Assembly: GCF_018977255.1 (NCBI RefSeq)
Contig: NW_024704743.1
Coordinates: forward strand, 87,980,001-88,044,000
DNA: 64,000 nt
From: Callorhinchus milii
Lineage: Eukaryota
Reading direction: 5' to 3'
The position numbers and the translations under genes are program-made. The notes below the pieces were generated by a model, which made no database searches, was not told the DNA's origin, and saw only the letters and a list, made by a program, of their open reading frames with translations. Positions 1 through 12,960 of the stretch are shown here, in pieces (position 1 is the stretch's first letter; each line of letters opens with the position of its first letter).

Positions 1-110
1 AAAGTTAGCTTTCATCCAGGGCTTGATGTCTGACAGACATTCTATCAGGACAGCAGTGATCCTGGAGTCAAGGGTGGAGGCAAAGAGATTGGTGTCATCT
101 GCATACATGT
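1..110 (-). mobile_element. L2 fragment (post-YADD region)
   Basis: Similar to 24137-24210 and to 49845-49960 of the full-length element. Confidence 0.8.
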
Positions 111-1494
111 GGAAATGCAAGAATTATTATATTACTATTACCTGTGCCTCTGTCGATTTTTCCATCAATTCCTGATCTCCTTAAAGATCTGTTCACCTTG
201 TTCACTCAACTTGACGCACTCTTTTGCTGAGATTCCATTTTACAGTCATCGATCTCTTTCAGCTGCATACCCTCAGTGTACACAAACTTCACTCTGTCTA
301 ATGCAATGGCTGAGTTATTAATCCTGAATCTCCTTTATCCTCTTTGATGGGACGTTGATCATTTCATTCTCTTCCTGAAATACAGTCTCTCTGTGTTCGT
401 TTCTAGTTTATCAAGTAATCGCCCCATGCTGTTGATGGCTGCACATGTGATTCTTCTTTATGTATTGACATTCTATCTCTGATCAGAAATAGAATTCTCA
501 TATTTCTTCCATTGCTTCACAGTGATCTACAAGAAGTAGATTGTTCTCTATTATCAGGACATAAAGACTAAGATGACACTCCAATGCAGTCCTGGAGGAT
601 TGCAATGGTGTCACAGAAACTGCCAGAAAAATTGTTGGAGATTTTTTTTCTGGATCAAGTGATCCCTTTAATAATAATCCTTGCATTTGCTATAGCATCT
701 TACCAAATCCTCAAGACACCTCAAAAATCTCTTCACGGAATATTCTATGAAGTGAATTGACTGTATATTTTGTGGGCGAAACGCGGCAGCTAATTAATTG
801 CGCGCAAATAGTCGTGGATTGAATGACCAACATTTTTTTTTAGAATCTTTGGGATTTGATAACCTTAATACTGCATGTATGGATTGCTAAAGTCCTTAAA
901 GATACCTTTTGGAGATATGGTCCCCAATCGTTTCGTGAATAACATCTGGATTGTTTCAATTCTGGTGACAAAAGATTGCATTGGCCAGCTGTTTGCCAAC
1001 ATAAAGTACCAAGCTATTCGTTCTGAACCAATACCAGTGTAAGTGAGAGCAAGATGTTGTTCCAATGCTGATTGAGACCCACATGGAGACCTGCCAATAA
1101 TAACTGGCATCAGAGCAACATGCAAATCCCAGATGCATTCCTTCTGTTCACTCACTCCCTTACCATTACTCCCTCTCCCATACCAATAGCTGATATTAAA
1201 AATATCTCTGCATGTTCACAGACATATTGGTTACATGTACAACGTCTGTTTTATGCATTTATAAATTGTGCGTCCATAGACGAAATAAATAATAGCGGCA
1301 GATTTTAAGATGCTCATCATCGTAAACTGCTTGGATTAATAGCTCTGGATTGCTGCATAAATTAGACATTATATTAAAATAGTGTCTTAAACATTAGCCG
1401 TGAGGCAACACCAGCAGAACGAAAACTTATATTTTTTTCTGGAATAGGCAAATAAATCCACTGGATACCTTCAGCCTTTAATGTTTTCTTCCAG

Positions 1495-1598
1495 ATTTGA
1501 GACATTGACTGATGGCGGATCTTTTTACGTTAAGTAGTTACAGAACTGATTATAGTGCAAACAGCAGAATAATATGCAAACTGTTGGTGCCAACATGG
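1495..1598 (+). other. PTPRD: Candidate 5' UTR exon (104 nt) of a large host gene, PTPRD-like; ends in Kozak ATG
   Basis: Acceptor ctttaatgttttcttccag|, donor ATGG|gtatga. Stops in all three frames counted from the acceptor. GCCAACATGG at 1589-1598. Gene identity rests on recalled PTPRD 5' UTR exon sizes (104, 42, 39, 50, 34 nt) and sequence; not database-verified. Confidence 0.6.
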
Positions 1599-2014
1599 GT
1601 ATGAATTAGTTGGCAGCTGGCAACGAAAATAAGGCTACAGGCTTCGGATATTTAATATCACTTTGGCCCTGGGCTCCCAGAGATTTTTTTAAAGCAATTT
1701 TCTTTCATTTGCCTATCTTGAGTGAAAAAAAATCTGATTTATTCAATAATCAAATTACTTGAAACTTTTTTTGATGTTTTGCTTACATTTTGTGAACACA
1801 TTTCTGAAGGTGCCAACTCATCTCTTCGGACTTCAAAATATATTCAGAACAGAAGTATTAAAGCTTAGTTTAAAATGTTGACATAGTTTGGGAACTTTTG
1901 CTTGTGATGGCTTTTAAGTGCTATGGCTTGGCACTGTGATGTGGAAAAATAATCATCTGTATTTTAAACTGTTTGATATTTAAGACGTTTTTGGGAGGGG
2001 GCGTTCAGCTGGGT

Positions 2015-2365
2015 AGGAGTCATGTAGCAGACTGGTTAGAGCTCTCACCTCCAAGCAAGAGGACCAGGTTCAATTTCCAGGCAGGGCGAAACCTTAGGCA
2101 AGTTTCCTTACTCCACATGTCTCTGTTTTCCTAGTAGTATGTAGGAACCCAGTTGTTAGTCGATTGGCGGATCCCTTTCGGGGGTAATATCCTTCCAAAT
2201 TCAATCCAAGTCTGTTTGTGGGACACTGCTGTGCACAATTGGCTGCCACGTTTCACCCACAAAATATACAGTCAATTCAATTTGCAGTATATTCTGTGAA
2301 GAGCTTTAAGACGTCTCAACCATGTGAAGATGCACTATATAAAATGCAAGAATTATTATTATTAT
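2015..2365 (+). mobile_element. Family A SINE (long-core variant)
   Basis: Same head, core and tail modules; an extra tail fragment at 2480-2592. Confidence 0.9.
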
Positions 2366-4575
2366 CTGACACAGAATATGTACTCTCTCTCCAGAAGAAT
2401 ATGTACTCTCTCCAGTTACAGAAAGTGCTTATGGCAGAAACTTCCTTTTCCTCAGTGACATCATCACAAAGTATATACTTTTGCCCACAAAATATACAGT
2501 CAATTCGCTTTGTAGTATATTCTGTGAAACACTTTGAGACGTCTCAAAGACCTGAAAAGGTGCTCTATCAAATGCAAGGATTATTATTATTATCACTGCC
2601 ACCAAAGATATGAAAAAGTGACTGTCTAATTTAAAGGTCAAAGCAGTAATATTGAGGGTGAGGTTCTCCTTTAAGTCTTGTATGCAGATATTTCAGGAAT
2701 TCATAGCTGTATTTTGTCAGACTGCTCAAAGTTTCTGACTCGGAATTTTTACTGCCCTGTTGCATGTGTGGGCTGATGATTTTCCCCTGGGGCTCCACTC
2801 TCTGTGCAGTTGTGTGCAGTGGGCTTGAGTGACAAGAAGCTATGGAGCCAGCCACTGGGACACGAACACAGATCATGGAATGAGATTGGGAAGCACTCTG
2901 TAGATTCCCACTACCCCTCCAAATCGCATGTGAGTGTGTGGGGGGGTGGATGTTGAAGAGCGGTTGGTACACCCCTCTCTGGGAACCATAGGGCCAGTTT
3001 TCTGCTTGCCAGTAAATTGCCTGTCAGTTTCTAATGGGCCTATAATAGGAAAATGGCTCCTCTCAATTAAAATGATTGGAAATAAGATGTCTACTCTACC
3101 ATTAGACTGCTGCAGATTAATTTCCCCACTGGCAGGATTCAAATATGTGCAAGTAACTCAGCACTGCGCAATTTGGTTTAGATTTCATATTTAGCAGTAA
3201 TAATATTAAATGTTTGAATATTCCTAATAATGTGCATTTTCTTCATTTGCAAATAGACATCTTTTCAGAGATATTTTTCAGATCCAAATCACCTTCTTTT
3301 GTTTAGAAATTGATGTTAATAAAAAATTCTGTACGACGGGAAACAAATTGATCACCGCATGAATTGCTGCACATGCTAAGAAGTTATTTCCTAAAAAAAA
3401 GCACCTAAACGTATTAACTGCAGAGAAGATGATCTCCTTCTTGTATTTGATTGTTGTTGTCAGATTGCAGAAATCATTTCTTCATGCAGGGCACTGCATT
3501 GTCGAAATGTGTTCACCCAAAAAACCTATGTTTACTCTACTGTATATCCTGTGAAGTGCTTTGAAATGTCCTCCCGATGTGAAAGGCGCGATATCAAATA
3601 GAAAGATTCTTCTTATTATAAAATGTTTTGAGTTTGGTGACTCATAGTAACCCCCAATTTGGCCACGAGGAGCACACTTTAATATGGTGGCTCAACAATT
3701 GACAACGTTCTTTACAACTGGATGAGCATGTCTAGTAAAGTAACCTTAGAATGTGTGTGGCACTATAAAATGTTGTCTTTCAGGGTAGATTAGGGAAGAT
3801 AATTATATGATACATGTGTCTGCTGAATTACATTGTTTGAATTCCCAACGGTTACCCCTGATTCTCTTAAAGGGGCACTGTCTGTTAAAAAGCATTTGGC
3901 AAACCTGTTTCTGTTTTGTGAGCCCTCTGCGGTGTGAATCATTTGATGTCACAACATCATCTCGGCAGAGATGATCCACATCTGTTCCAGCTGTTCTCTC
4001 TCCCCAACAACAGAGACAGTGCCTCTTGAGCTGCCAGACAATGTAACTCTTCCAACTACTTTGTAAGGCGTCAAGAGTCTTAAACAAGTTTTTGATTTGT
4101 GACAAACTTGTAAAAACAGAACAGAATAGAACTGTGAGGAAGTGCTTCAGGGGATTGGGCAAAAATGTAGCATTTCATTCCGTATGGATGATTTAAAACT
4201 TTCCCAGATATGGAAATGAAAATGTTGTGATCACAACACCTCCCGAATCATCATTGCCTGTGCTTTTCTGTGAGTTCCCAAGAAAACTTTAAATCCTAAA
4301 TTTTGAAATGTATTTTGAAGTGGTATTTTTGTGTGTGTCTTGAGTTTTTGTGCCCATCAAAGGGAGGAACTTTAGGACTGGAAAATGGAATTTCCTATGT
4401 CAGACATCCAGTGTCAGCATTGAACATTCCCAGGATATAGCGCAGTTGAATGTATACACGAGAAAGAAGATAATAGAATGATATGGGAGAGGGGATTAGG
4501 AATTTTGGAGACTCGTGGAGTTTAAACACCAGCAAGAACTAGTTGGGCTGTTTCTGTGCTGTAGCGTTTATGAAC

Positions 4576-5300
4576 TTCAAAAGGTGGTGGGTTGAAGACC
4601 CACACCGGGATTTGGAATCACACAGTCTAAACTGACACTCCAATGCATTGCTGGGATTATGTTGTATTGTCGGAGGTGCTGTACTTTGGATGAGGCGTTA
4701 AACCGAGGTTCCATTTGCCTGTTCAGGTGGACATTCAAGATAATAATAATAATAATAATAATCCTTGCATTTGATATAGCGCTTTTCATGTCTTCAAGAC
4801 GTCTCAAAGCGCTTCACAGAATATATAATGTAAAGTGAATTAACTGTATATTTATAGGCGAAATGCGACAGCCAATTGTGTACAGCAGTGTCCCATAAAC
4901 AGTCAGGGATTGAAGTGACTAATTTATTATTATTTTTTTCTTGAGGAATTATTATCAGGCATGTGGAGTAAAGAAACTTGCCCAAGGTTTCACCCTGCTG
5001 AGAATTGACCCCAGGTCTCTCGCTAGCGAGGCGAGTGTTCTAACCACTGTGCTATAGGACTCCTAAGATCCCATGGCACTATTTGAAAAGAGAAGGGAGT
5101 TTCTTCTGGTGTCCTGGCCAGCCAATCCCCCAAATAAATCTGGTCACTCCCTCCATGGCTGTTTGTGGGACATTGCTGTGCGCAAACTGGTTGCTGTGTT
5201 TGGCCTACAAAAGTCAATCCACTTTATAGTATATCCTGTGAAGAATTTGAGACCTCTCAATGACATGATAAGGTGCTATGTCAAATGTTAGAATTAATAT
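4576..5300 (+). mobile_element. SacSINE1-like tRNA-derived Deu-domain SINE (family B), interrupted
   Basis: ctgacactcc...ggaggtgc...ggatgaggcgttaaaccgagg...caggtggac...gatcccatggcacta; family name from recalled consensus. Confidence 0.85.
4741..5063 (-). mobile_element. Family A SINE nested in a Deu SINE
   Basis: Complete inverted copy splitting the host between gacattcaaga and taagatcccatggc. Confidence 0.92.
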
Positions 5301-6637
5301 ATAATTATTATTGTAAATGTATATTAAGATTCTTTTTACTCTGCAACTAATTCTGAAGAGCACCAGCATGACATTACATTCCAACCAGCCATTCGGTGGC
5401 CAAACCACTCGCATGTAAGATGCAACCCTTAAAGCCAACACATTTTAATCCAATCAGTGAGGGCTACATTCAAACTCAGGTACCAGATGTAAAAAGGCAA
5501 GGAAACAACCCAGCCTTCCAACATTACTATACATTATGCACCATGTGTAAACCATGTGTAAATGCATGTGTTCAGTGAGAATTACAGATACTTGTTTAAT
5601 TCATGTTTACACATGGTGAATAATAGACCTCAATTTGTCATATATTACAATAATTTGATATAATGCTTTGTCATGTCATTGAAACTTCTCAAAGTGCCTC
5701 AGAGGTAATTGCTATAGTGAGTTGTGGCTGTGTATTTGTAGCTAAACTCCTTGGCCAACTTGAGCACAACAAAGTCCAACAACAAACAGCAAATGACACA
5801 TTATGTGTGGGGAATTGCTGGCCAGGGCACTGGGAGAAACTCCGTTGGGGTCTGTGAGAAGCAGGGCTCAATGCTTTACAAAAAAAATCACTGCTCAACA
5901 TGTGAATTCTAAATCATATTGTCCTTTCAGTGTTTTAATTCTCCGAAACATTTTTAAAAGTTTAAACTGTTTTCAAAGGTCGTGAGGAGTGTCAAGAGGC
6001 AGAGCTAATTGTTCAGTGGTTTAATGTGGTTGTTTTGCTATTAAATAAGAGGCAGTCCTCCATGGCACTGCATTGTGATTGGCCAGAGGTAGGCATGATT
6101 TATAATCTACCCTTAACGCAGAACCGATGAAGCGATTCCCGTCGTAAATCTTACTTGTGTTTTAAGGGGTTAAATCCATGTCTGATTAACAGTGCCTGGC
6201 CCCCAATGCTGGTTTACATTTACTATATTGCTCTGGAGAGTGTGATGTGTTCTTTTTTGACATTCCTGTAGCGAGACTGCATGTATGTTATGACCTGATT
6301 TGATTTACTGTTAGAAATGAAAGTGCTATAATTTGTGTAAGACATTTGTTGTGAATGCCAAAAAAATACTTTGTGGCTTCGTTGGTATCCATCTGGTTTT
6401 ATTTTTATTGTGTTCGAGTCGCATGAAATGTTGCTCGGCTGTCTTCATTTTTATTAGTCAGCATTGATTTATGACTTTCAAAGTAAAAATAATTGGTCTG
6501 CATATGACTTACTTTACAGCTCTAGTACACAGGAATGTGAGTGGCTGGAAAATGAGTTTAAACAGCAGGAATGTATTACATACTATGTGAAAAAGAGCAG
6601 TCCTCTATTTTTGCTTCATTGTGTATTTTTTTAACAG

Positions 6638-6723
6638 GCGCCTATTTGATCGTTTGTGATATGGCAGATCTGTGTTGCCAAGTACTATGTATTCCATGCT
6701 AGGCTGGTCATGTAATGTCTAAA
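6638..6723 (+). other. Possible non-coding exon (86 nt)
   Basis: Acceptor gtgtatttttttaacag|, donor AAA|gtaagc; stops in all three frames. Confidence 0.3.
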
Positions 6724-7325
6724 GTAAGCACAGATCTTTGCTCTAATTTCTCTAATATAAAGGGACTTCAGACTAAAAGGTTCTTAAATGCAATGTTTAT
6801 GCTTTGTTTTTTAAAAAAGGGAAGTTTATTGATGACATTTGAAACAGTGTAGGTCTTATGTATTGATGGGATGGGTAGCAAAGGAAGCTTGTTGATTGCC
6901 CTGTGTTGTATCCATTGACAGTACTTATCACTCCCAGTCTGAGTAGATTGTGACAACCTTAACTCCAGAAGATTTCCTGCTTTGTACGTCCACTTATCCA
7001 CATAAATCTCTTGAAATGTAGCTAAGGAGCTGTATTGTGCTGTAATTTATGTTCCTGGGACTAGCTCTGGACAGTGTGGGTGACTTTCATCACTCAGCTT
7101 TGGCCTGGATCTGGACTTTCATCTCCCAAGGCAAAAAGGTGATGAAAGAAGTCAGCATTGTGTCTGGCAGGGTTTAATTCCCTACCTATTTCCAAATGCC
7201 ATATCTGCGCTTACAATACCCAGTTTATTCCTAGCTCTGCAAAATGTTAGTCAGGATTTCCACACTCTGGGGCACCTCTCTCAATGAATTTGATTCAAAG
7301 ACTGGATTTCGTTTTTTTATTTCAG

Positions 7326-7365
7326 CGATAAAACTGAAGGACACTTCGGCTACTTGGACACTTTG
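7326..7365 (+). other. PTPRD: Candidate 5' UTR micro-exon (40 nt), PTPRD-like
   Basis: Strong acceptor cgtttttttatttcag| and consensus donor TTG|gtaagt in unique sequence; retains CpGs. Gene name from recall. Confidence 0.65.
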
Positions 7366-10300
7366 GTAAGTTGTGGTGTTAGATAGCTGGCAGGTCTTTT
7401 TCTTAATGGCAGCTATTGCTGCCCTTGTATTGGAAGTACCTCAGTTTGCAGCTGAATAAAAACACTACTCAGGCCTGTTTTATGTGCCCCATTGGTGGGT
7501 GAGCTTTTAGTCACTTTGCCCCGCTCTCTGGAACTGTCTCCCTAAAACCCCCACTTTGCACCCTCCCTCTCTGCTCTTATTTGTGCTCTTTGACTGTTCC
7601 ATCAGCCAGCTCCAGCTTATCCTGCCATTTCCCACCCTGCTCCATCTCTGTAAAGTTCCGTGGATTTTAAGTCACAAAAATAAAGGGAAACAATATTTAA
7701 TAAAAATGCAAACGATGACTCTATTAAAAAGCAACATGTAGGTTAATGCATCGAAAACTGGATTTTCAGAAGCCAAACTCATAAATCATGTGACATTTTA
7801 ATGTGATAAGTACAATATCAAATTTGAATATAAGTTTAAAATTCTCTATTTAAGCTCCTCTGACGGCCTCATGGGTAGCACCGAGCCATACAGGCTGGTT
7901 CGTTGGGACATCCTCCTGACGTGAAAGGCGCTACACAAATATAATCTTGTTGTTGTTGGTTCAGAACAAAGCTGGTTTGAATTCTGGTCTGCACTGAGTT
8001 AGTTGAGTTCTTCACTCAGAACGACTGGAACAGGATGTCAGGAAAGGTGGTCGGGGCCACTGGACACTGGACTCATTTAAAAAGCAGCTTGATACTGTGA
8101 TGGGAGGAGGATAGGGTGTGTGTTCTGGAAGGATGAGATCGGATGGGCTGAAGAGCCTTCTTTATCCAAATCAATCTTGTAATCTTGTGAACAGCTTGCT
8201 CTGCCTCATTATTTAGATTCACACATAAAGATTGTCCACTTGAGCAAAGGGTGGAATACCACTTTGCGCTGATGGGAATGTGCCCACAGTAAAGAGAAAG
8301 CATCTTCAGAAGAGAACTCCTTATTTTATTCTACTTCAAAACCAGACCTATTTGTAGCATACTTTTAATGTGGTTTTGAATATCCGGATCCTTTTATTTC
8401 ATGGAAGAATTCAATATCTGCTTAAGAAAAGGATTTGAAGTTGTACCAATAATTATAGACAGATGATCAAATACTTAATCAACCATTATGGTGCCAATGC
8501 TGCACATTAAATGTTAATATGGTAAGCCTAGGTACCAGTGGGTAACTGGTGTGGATATATTTGTGGAGAGGGGGAACAGGGAGATGTCTAGAAGAAGATT
8601 CCCACAGAAGATTAAATAAGTGAGATAGGACCATTAACATTGTGCTATTGACGAAAACAGTAACATTGGTGTTAGCTCACTGATGGAAAAAAAGTGCCCG
8701 CCAAGGTAACCTGTTTCCATCAAGGAATCTCCAGTTTATCATGTGGAATTGCGACATTTCCGAGAATCGACCCGGAACCAACCAGTTAACTTTAGGAGAT
8801 GCGCATCATCAGCATTCCAGCTGCTATCCTTCCACGGAAAGATCCTACATGCTATCTAGAAGAAATAGAGTTGAGAGGTTGAATGTCCTTCTATGGTGCA
8901 CCCTTCTCTATCTTTATACTTTGACAACTAGTCAAATATGAAGATGTTTCTCGGACATGTACCGTGCTCAATGTAACAGGCGACAAAATCACATTATCTG
9001 TAGCAAGGCATGGAAAACTGCTATTAATACATCAAGAATTTAATGATAATAATAATCCTTGCATTTGATATAGCGCCTTATCATGCCTTCGAGATGTCTC
9101 AGAGTGCTTCACAGAATGTTCTGTAAAGTGAATTGACTGTATATTTTGTGGGCAAAATATTCAGAGTTGGAAATTGACACTGAAGAAAGGCTTTTGAATG
9201 TGGACTATGATGTGACAGGGAATGGTAACTCTATGGAATTTGAAAAGAGGCTTTAATATCTACGAGTACACCCCATAATTTGAAAATTGATGCACCACAA
9301 GCTCGTTTTTGCAGTCAGAAATGTTCGGAGGAAAATGCACAAAAGCAGCATTTTCTTATTGTACTGTATGATGGACTGCTTCAAGTTTCTAGAGAAAAAA
9401 ACATGTGCACATATTGTTCAGGTTCCATGTTTCTAATGATATTTGGTCCACAGCACAAAATGTAGCTGGAGTGGAGCCTAAATTTCCCTATCACAGATGT
9501 TTGAACAGAAGGTTTTTCATGCCATTCCACAATGCAGTGCCATACGGGACTCAGTGTGACCATCACAATAACCAATAACTAATACAAGCAGTCTGAGGAT
9601 CACTGTGTCAAATCTTTCTTCCGTGTTTGCAAGGTTTGAATCCTGTGGATTGAGACACACCTCAATGAAAAGATATTGTCACTGACTGATATTATTTATG
9701 GATTATTGCAGCATAATGAAGAAATACCAGATGAGCACTGAAGTGTGGAAAATAAAAGGCATTCACTTGAGGATCTGAATGGCATATGATGTGTTACGCA
9801 GAAATCTCAAAATTATGGTTATGTGTAAGTGAAGTGTTTGTAAGGGTTACTTACATTCACGAGGAATACTGTGGTAATATGTCTGAAGAATTACAGGTGC
9901 TTGTTGATGCTGAGGTGCTATCTTGTAAGGAATTTTATTTTCAGAGTTATTTTGCTCCATTCGCTAACTGTGGTGAAACCTTCAACACTATATCCCATTA
10001 TAAGTGAAGAGCAAAGGATTGGCTTCATGAAGTGAACAAATCATATTTTCTTAACTAACTAATCATAAACCTTGTATTCGATATAATCCATCTCCCTAAT
10101 TATGGACTTTAAAGATCCGATGACACAATTCGAAAAGAGAAGTGAGTTTCTCCTGGTGTCCTGGCCATCAATCCCCAGATACATTTGGTTTGTTTGTGGG
10201 CCATTGCTGTGGGCAATTGGCTTCTACACTTACCTACAAAATACACAGTCACTACAGTTTACAGTTAATCCTTCCAATGTGACATCCTCCCAATGAGAAA

Positions 10301-11446
10301 GGTCAAATGCAATAATAATTATTATTATTATGTTTCAAAACATGTTAGGTGAACACAAAAGTTAGTTTTCACTCAGCAATGTTCCACAAGAGCCACGAAG
10401 TTTCTCAGGTCACTGGGAGAAACTCCCTTCTCATTTTTAATAATGCTGTGGGATCTTTAACATCTATCTGAACAAGCGGATTCTGGTTTAGATTCTTATC
10501 CAAACGATGGCACCTCCAATAATGCAGCACTCCATGAACAGTAGTAGCACAGTAGAATAGTAGTATCAAAGACCAGAAAATCTTTTCGTTTGGGTAGAAG
10601 AGGCACATTTTGCCCAGTGAAGAGGATCTATGGGATTAGTTTCTGTGTCATATTAGAGAGAATTTGCAATATAATTCAGTTTACAATATAATAATTGTAG
10701 TGAGTTTGGTCCAGCTGCTGTTTGAAAATGTAACAGAGTATGGATTCCGACTTAAGTTTAATTAACAGTTATTGTAAAAGTAAAAAGCACGGGAGAGAAA
10801 GACTGAAGGTTCACAATATTTTGAGGAAGGTTAGTTACTTGTCAAGGTGAGAAAGATTGCCTTCTGGGGAATGGACAGCTTTACACCTTTGCACTTAATT
10901 GCATCATTAAGTTCTCTCAGGTCAAGTAGGGCATGAGCTGCATGAAGAGGATTCACTTCTACACCTTGATCCTCCCAACCTCAGAAGAACCACATGCAGC
11001 AGTGTGACATCTTCATTAGCCCTGCCAACCTTTTTCATCATGTCTTTGAATGAGACTGAAAGGTGACTCACATTGACTTAACATCATTGTTAAACACTGT
11101 GAAAGATGCTATATAAATGTATATTTGTATTGTAAAAACTAGTCTCAATTTATATTAAATTGTGAGCAATTTTGTGCTGTGGTCTTGAGTTCACAAAGAA
11201 CTGGAATGAGACCACTCAACCTCACTTCATGGTAGGTTTCTTGAAGCTGATAGGGAAAAGGCGACTTTCATCTCATCAGTCCTGATGGCATTCAGTAGTG
11301 AAGAGATGAAGAAAGAGAAATTACAGCCCATTGTACCACACCACCCTTCTTCATACACCCCACACCCACATAAACGCACAAAAAAAAGGTTGCTATCCTG
11401 CGTGACGGGTGCTATATAGATGCAAGTTGTTGTTTTAACTCTCTTT

Positions 11447-11890
11447 CAACATCATCATCATCAACAACAACTTGCCCTCCACGTCAGGCGGCGTTCCAGG
11501 GCCCTTGACAATCATAGATCCCGATGCCAAGAGGCACGGTTGAAGAGGAAGGTCTTCAGGTGCAACTTGAAAATGGGGAAAGAGGGGGCAAGGCAAAGGG
11601 ATTGAAGAAGGGAGTTCCATAGCTTTGGGGAGTTGTGGCTGAATGCATGGCTGCCAAGGGTGAGTGGAGGATTCGAGGGACAAGGAGGAGGCCGGAGCCA
11701 GTGGAGCGGAGGCAGTGGGTACTGCTGTGAGGAGAGAGGAGGTTGGAGAGATGGGGGGTGCGAAGGCATGAAGGGATTTAAACACTAGAGTGAGGATCTT
11801 GAAGTTGATCTGCTCTGTGACAGGGAGCCAGTGGATTTTGGTAAGGGTAATTGGGTAAACGGGGTGCAGAGTTTAGTGCGGGTGAGAACA
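11447..11890 (-). mobile_element. 5'-truncated L2
   Basis: Translation PKLWNSL...FKLHLKTFLF; CAA/CAT microsatellite tail. Confidence 0.9.
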
Positions 11891-12683
11891 AGCAAACAAT
11901 GAAAAGGGATCACTTGACCCAGAAAAAACAATCTTCAACAATTATTTTGGCAACTCTTGGGACAATGCTGCAATTCTCCAGCTCTGCATTGGAGTGTCAT
12001 CTTAGACTATGTCCCGACATAAGGCTTGAACCTACAATCTTCTGACTCAAGGACAACAGCTGACAAATTAGACACATATACCAAGCTGGTCTGTGCATTG
12101 CACTACAGTTTTCTAATAATAAAATAATAAAAATCATTGCATTTGATATAGCGCCTTATCACGTCTTCTAGACGTCTTAAAGCGCTTCACAGAATATGCC
12201 ATAAAGTGAATCGACTGCGTATTTTGTGGGGGAAATGCAACAGTCAACTGCACACGGTTTTCTGCTTCTGTTACCCATATGTGTCTGTCCATGTAAGATA
12301 GAGCCCAATTGTACATTTCCAATACAGTAATCCAATTCTTGGTAAGTGATTTAACTAATTTAGTGATTTAACCATGACACTTCATTCACCTTCTGGGAGT
12401 TTACAGGTAGTAATCATTTTAATCAATTTCTTGCATATTTCAATGATAATGGAATAGTTGATGAAATGTTGAATGCTTTCCAATATTACTTTATTTTGTC
12501 TTGTCAAACTGATGATTTCACCAGAGGATTGCCTGTAATCTGGCATGTACGTGCGGTGAAGTTTGCAAAATATCCCAATTGGTGATAACTCAGCAAACAT
12601 ATGAAGTATCTCAGCTGTAGAAACTGCATTTTCACTCAGTCCATTTTGGTCTTAAATTGGAGTTGCTGTGAGCATTCATAAAT

Positions 12684-12960
12684 AAATAATAATCCTTGCA
12701 TTTGATATAGCGCTTTTCACATCTTCTAGATGCCTCTTCTAGATGCCTTATCATGCCTTCGAGATGTCTCAGAGTGCTTCACAGAATATACTGTAAATTG
12801 AATTAATTGTATATTTGTGGGCAAAATGTGGCAGCCAATTGCGCACAGCAGTGTCCCACAAACAGTGGTGGATTGAAGGGACCAATTTTATTATTGTTTT
12901 TTTCTTGAGGGTTTATTATCCGGCGTGTGGAATAAGGAAACTTGCCCAAGGCTTTATGTC
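12684..12960 (-). mobile_element. Family A SINE, head missing, rearranged tail
   Basis: Tail, Deu-like and core segments present. Confidence 0.9.

Noticed and set aside
140..530. Purine-rich minus strand resembling decayed coiled-coil coding sequence
   Set aside because: Stops in all frames and no recognisable homology.
1495..1533. 39-nt coding exon FETLTDGGSFYV joining the third frame
   Set aside because: Donor AA|gtagtt is poor compared with G|gtatga at 1598.
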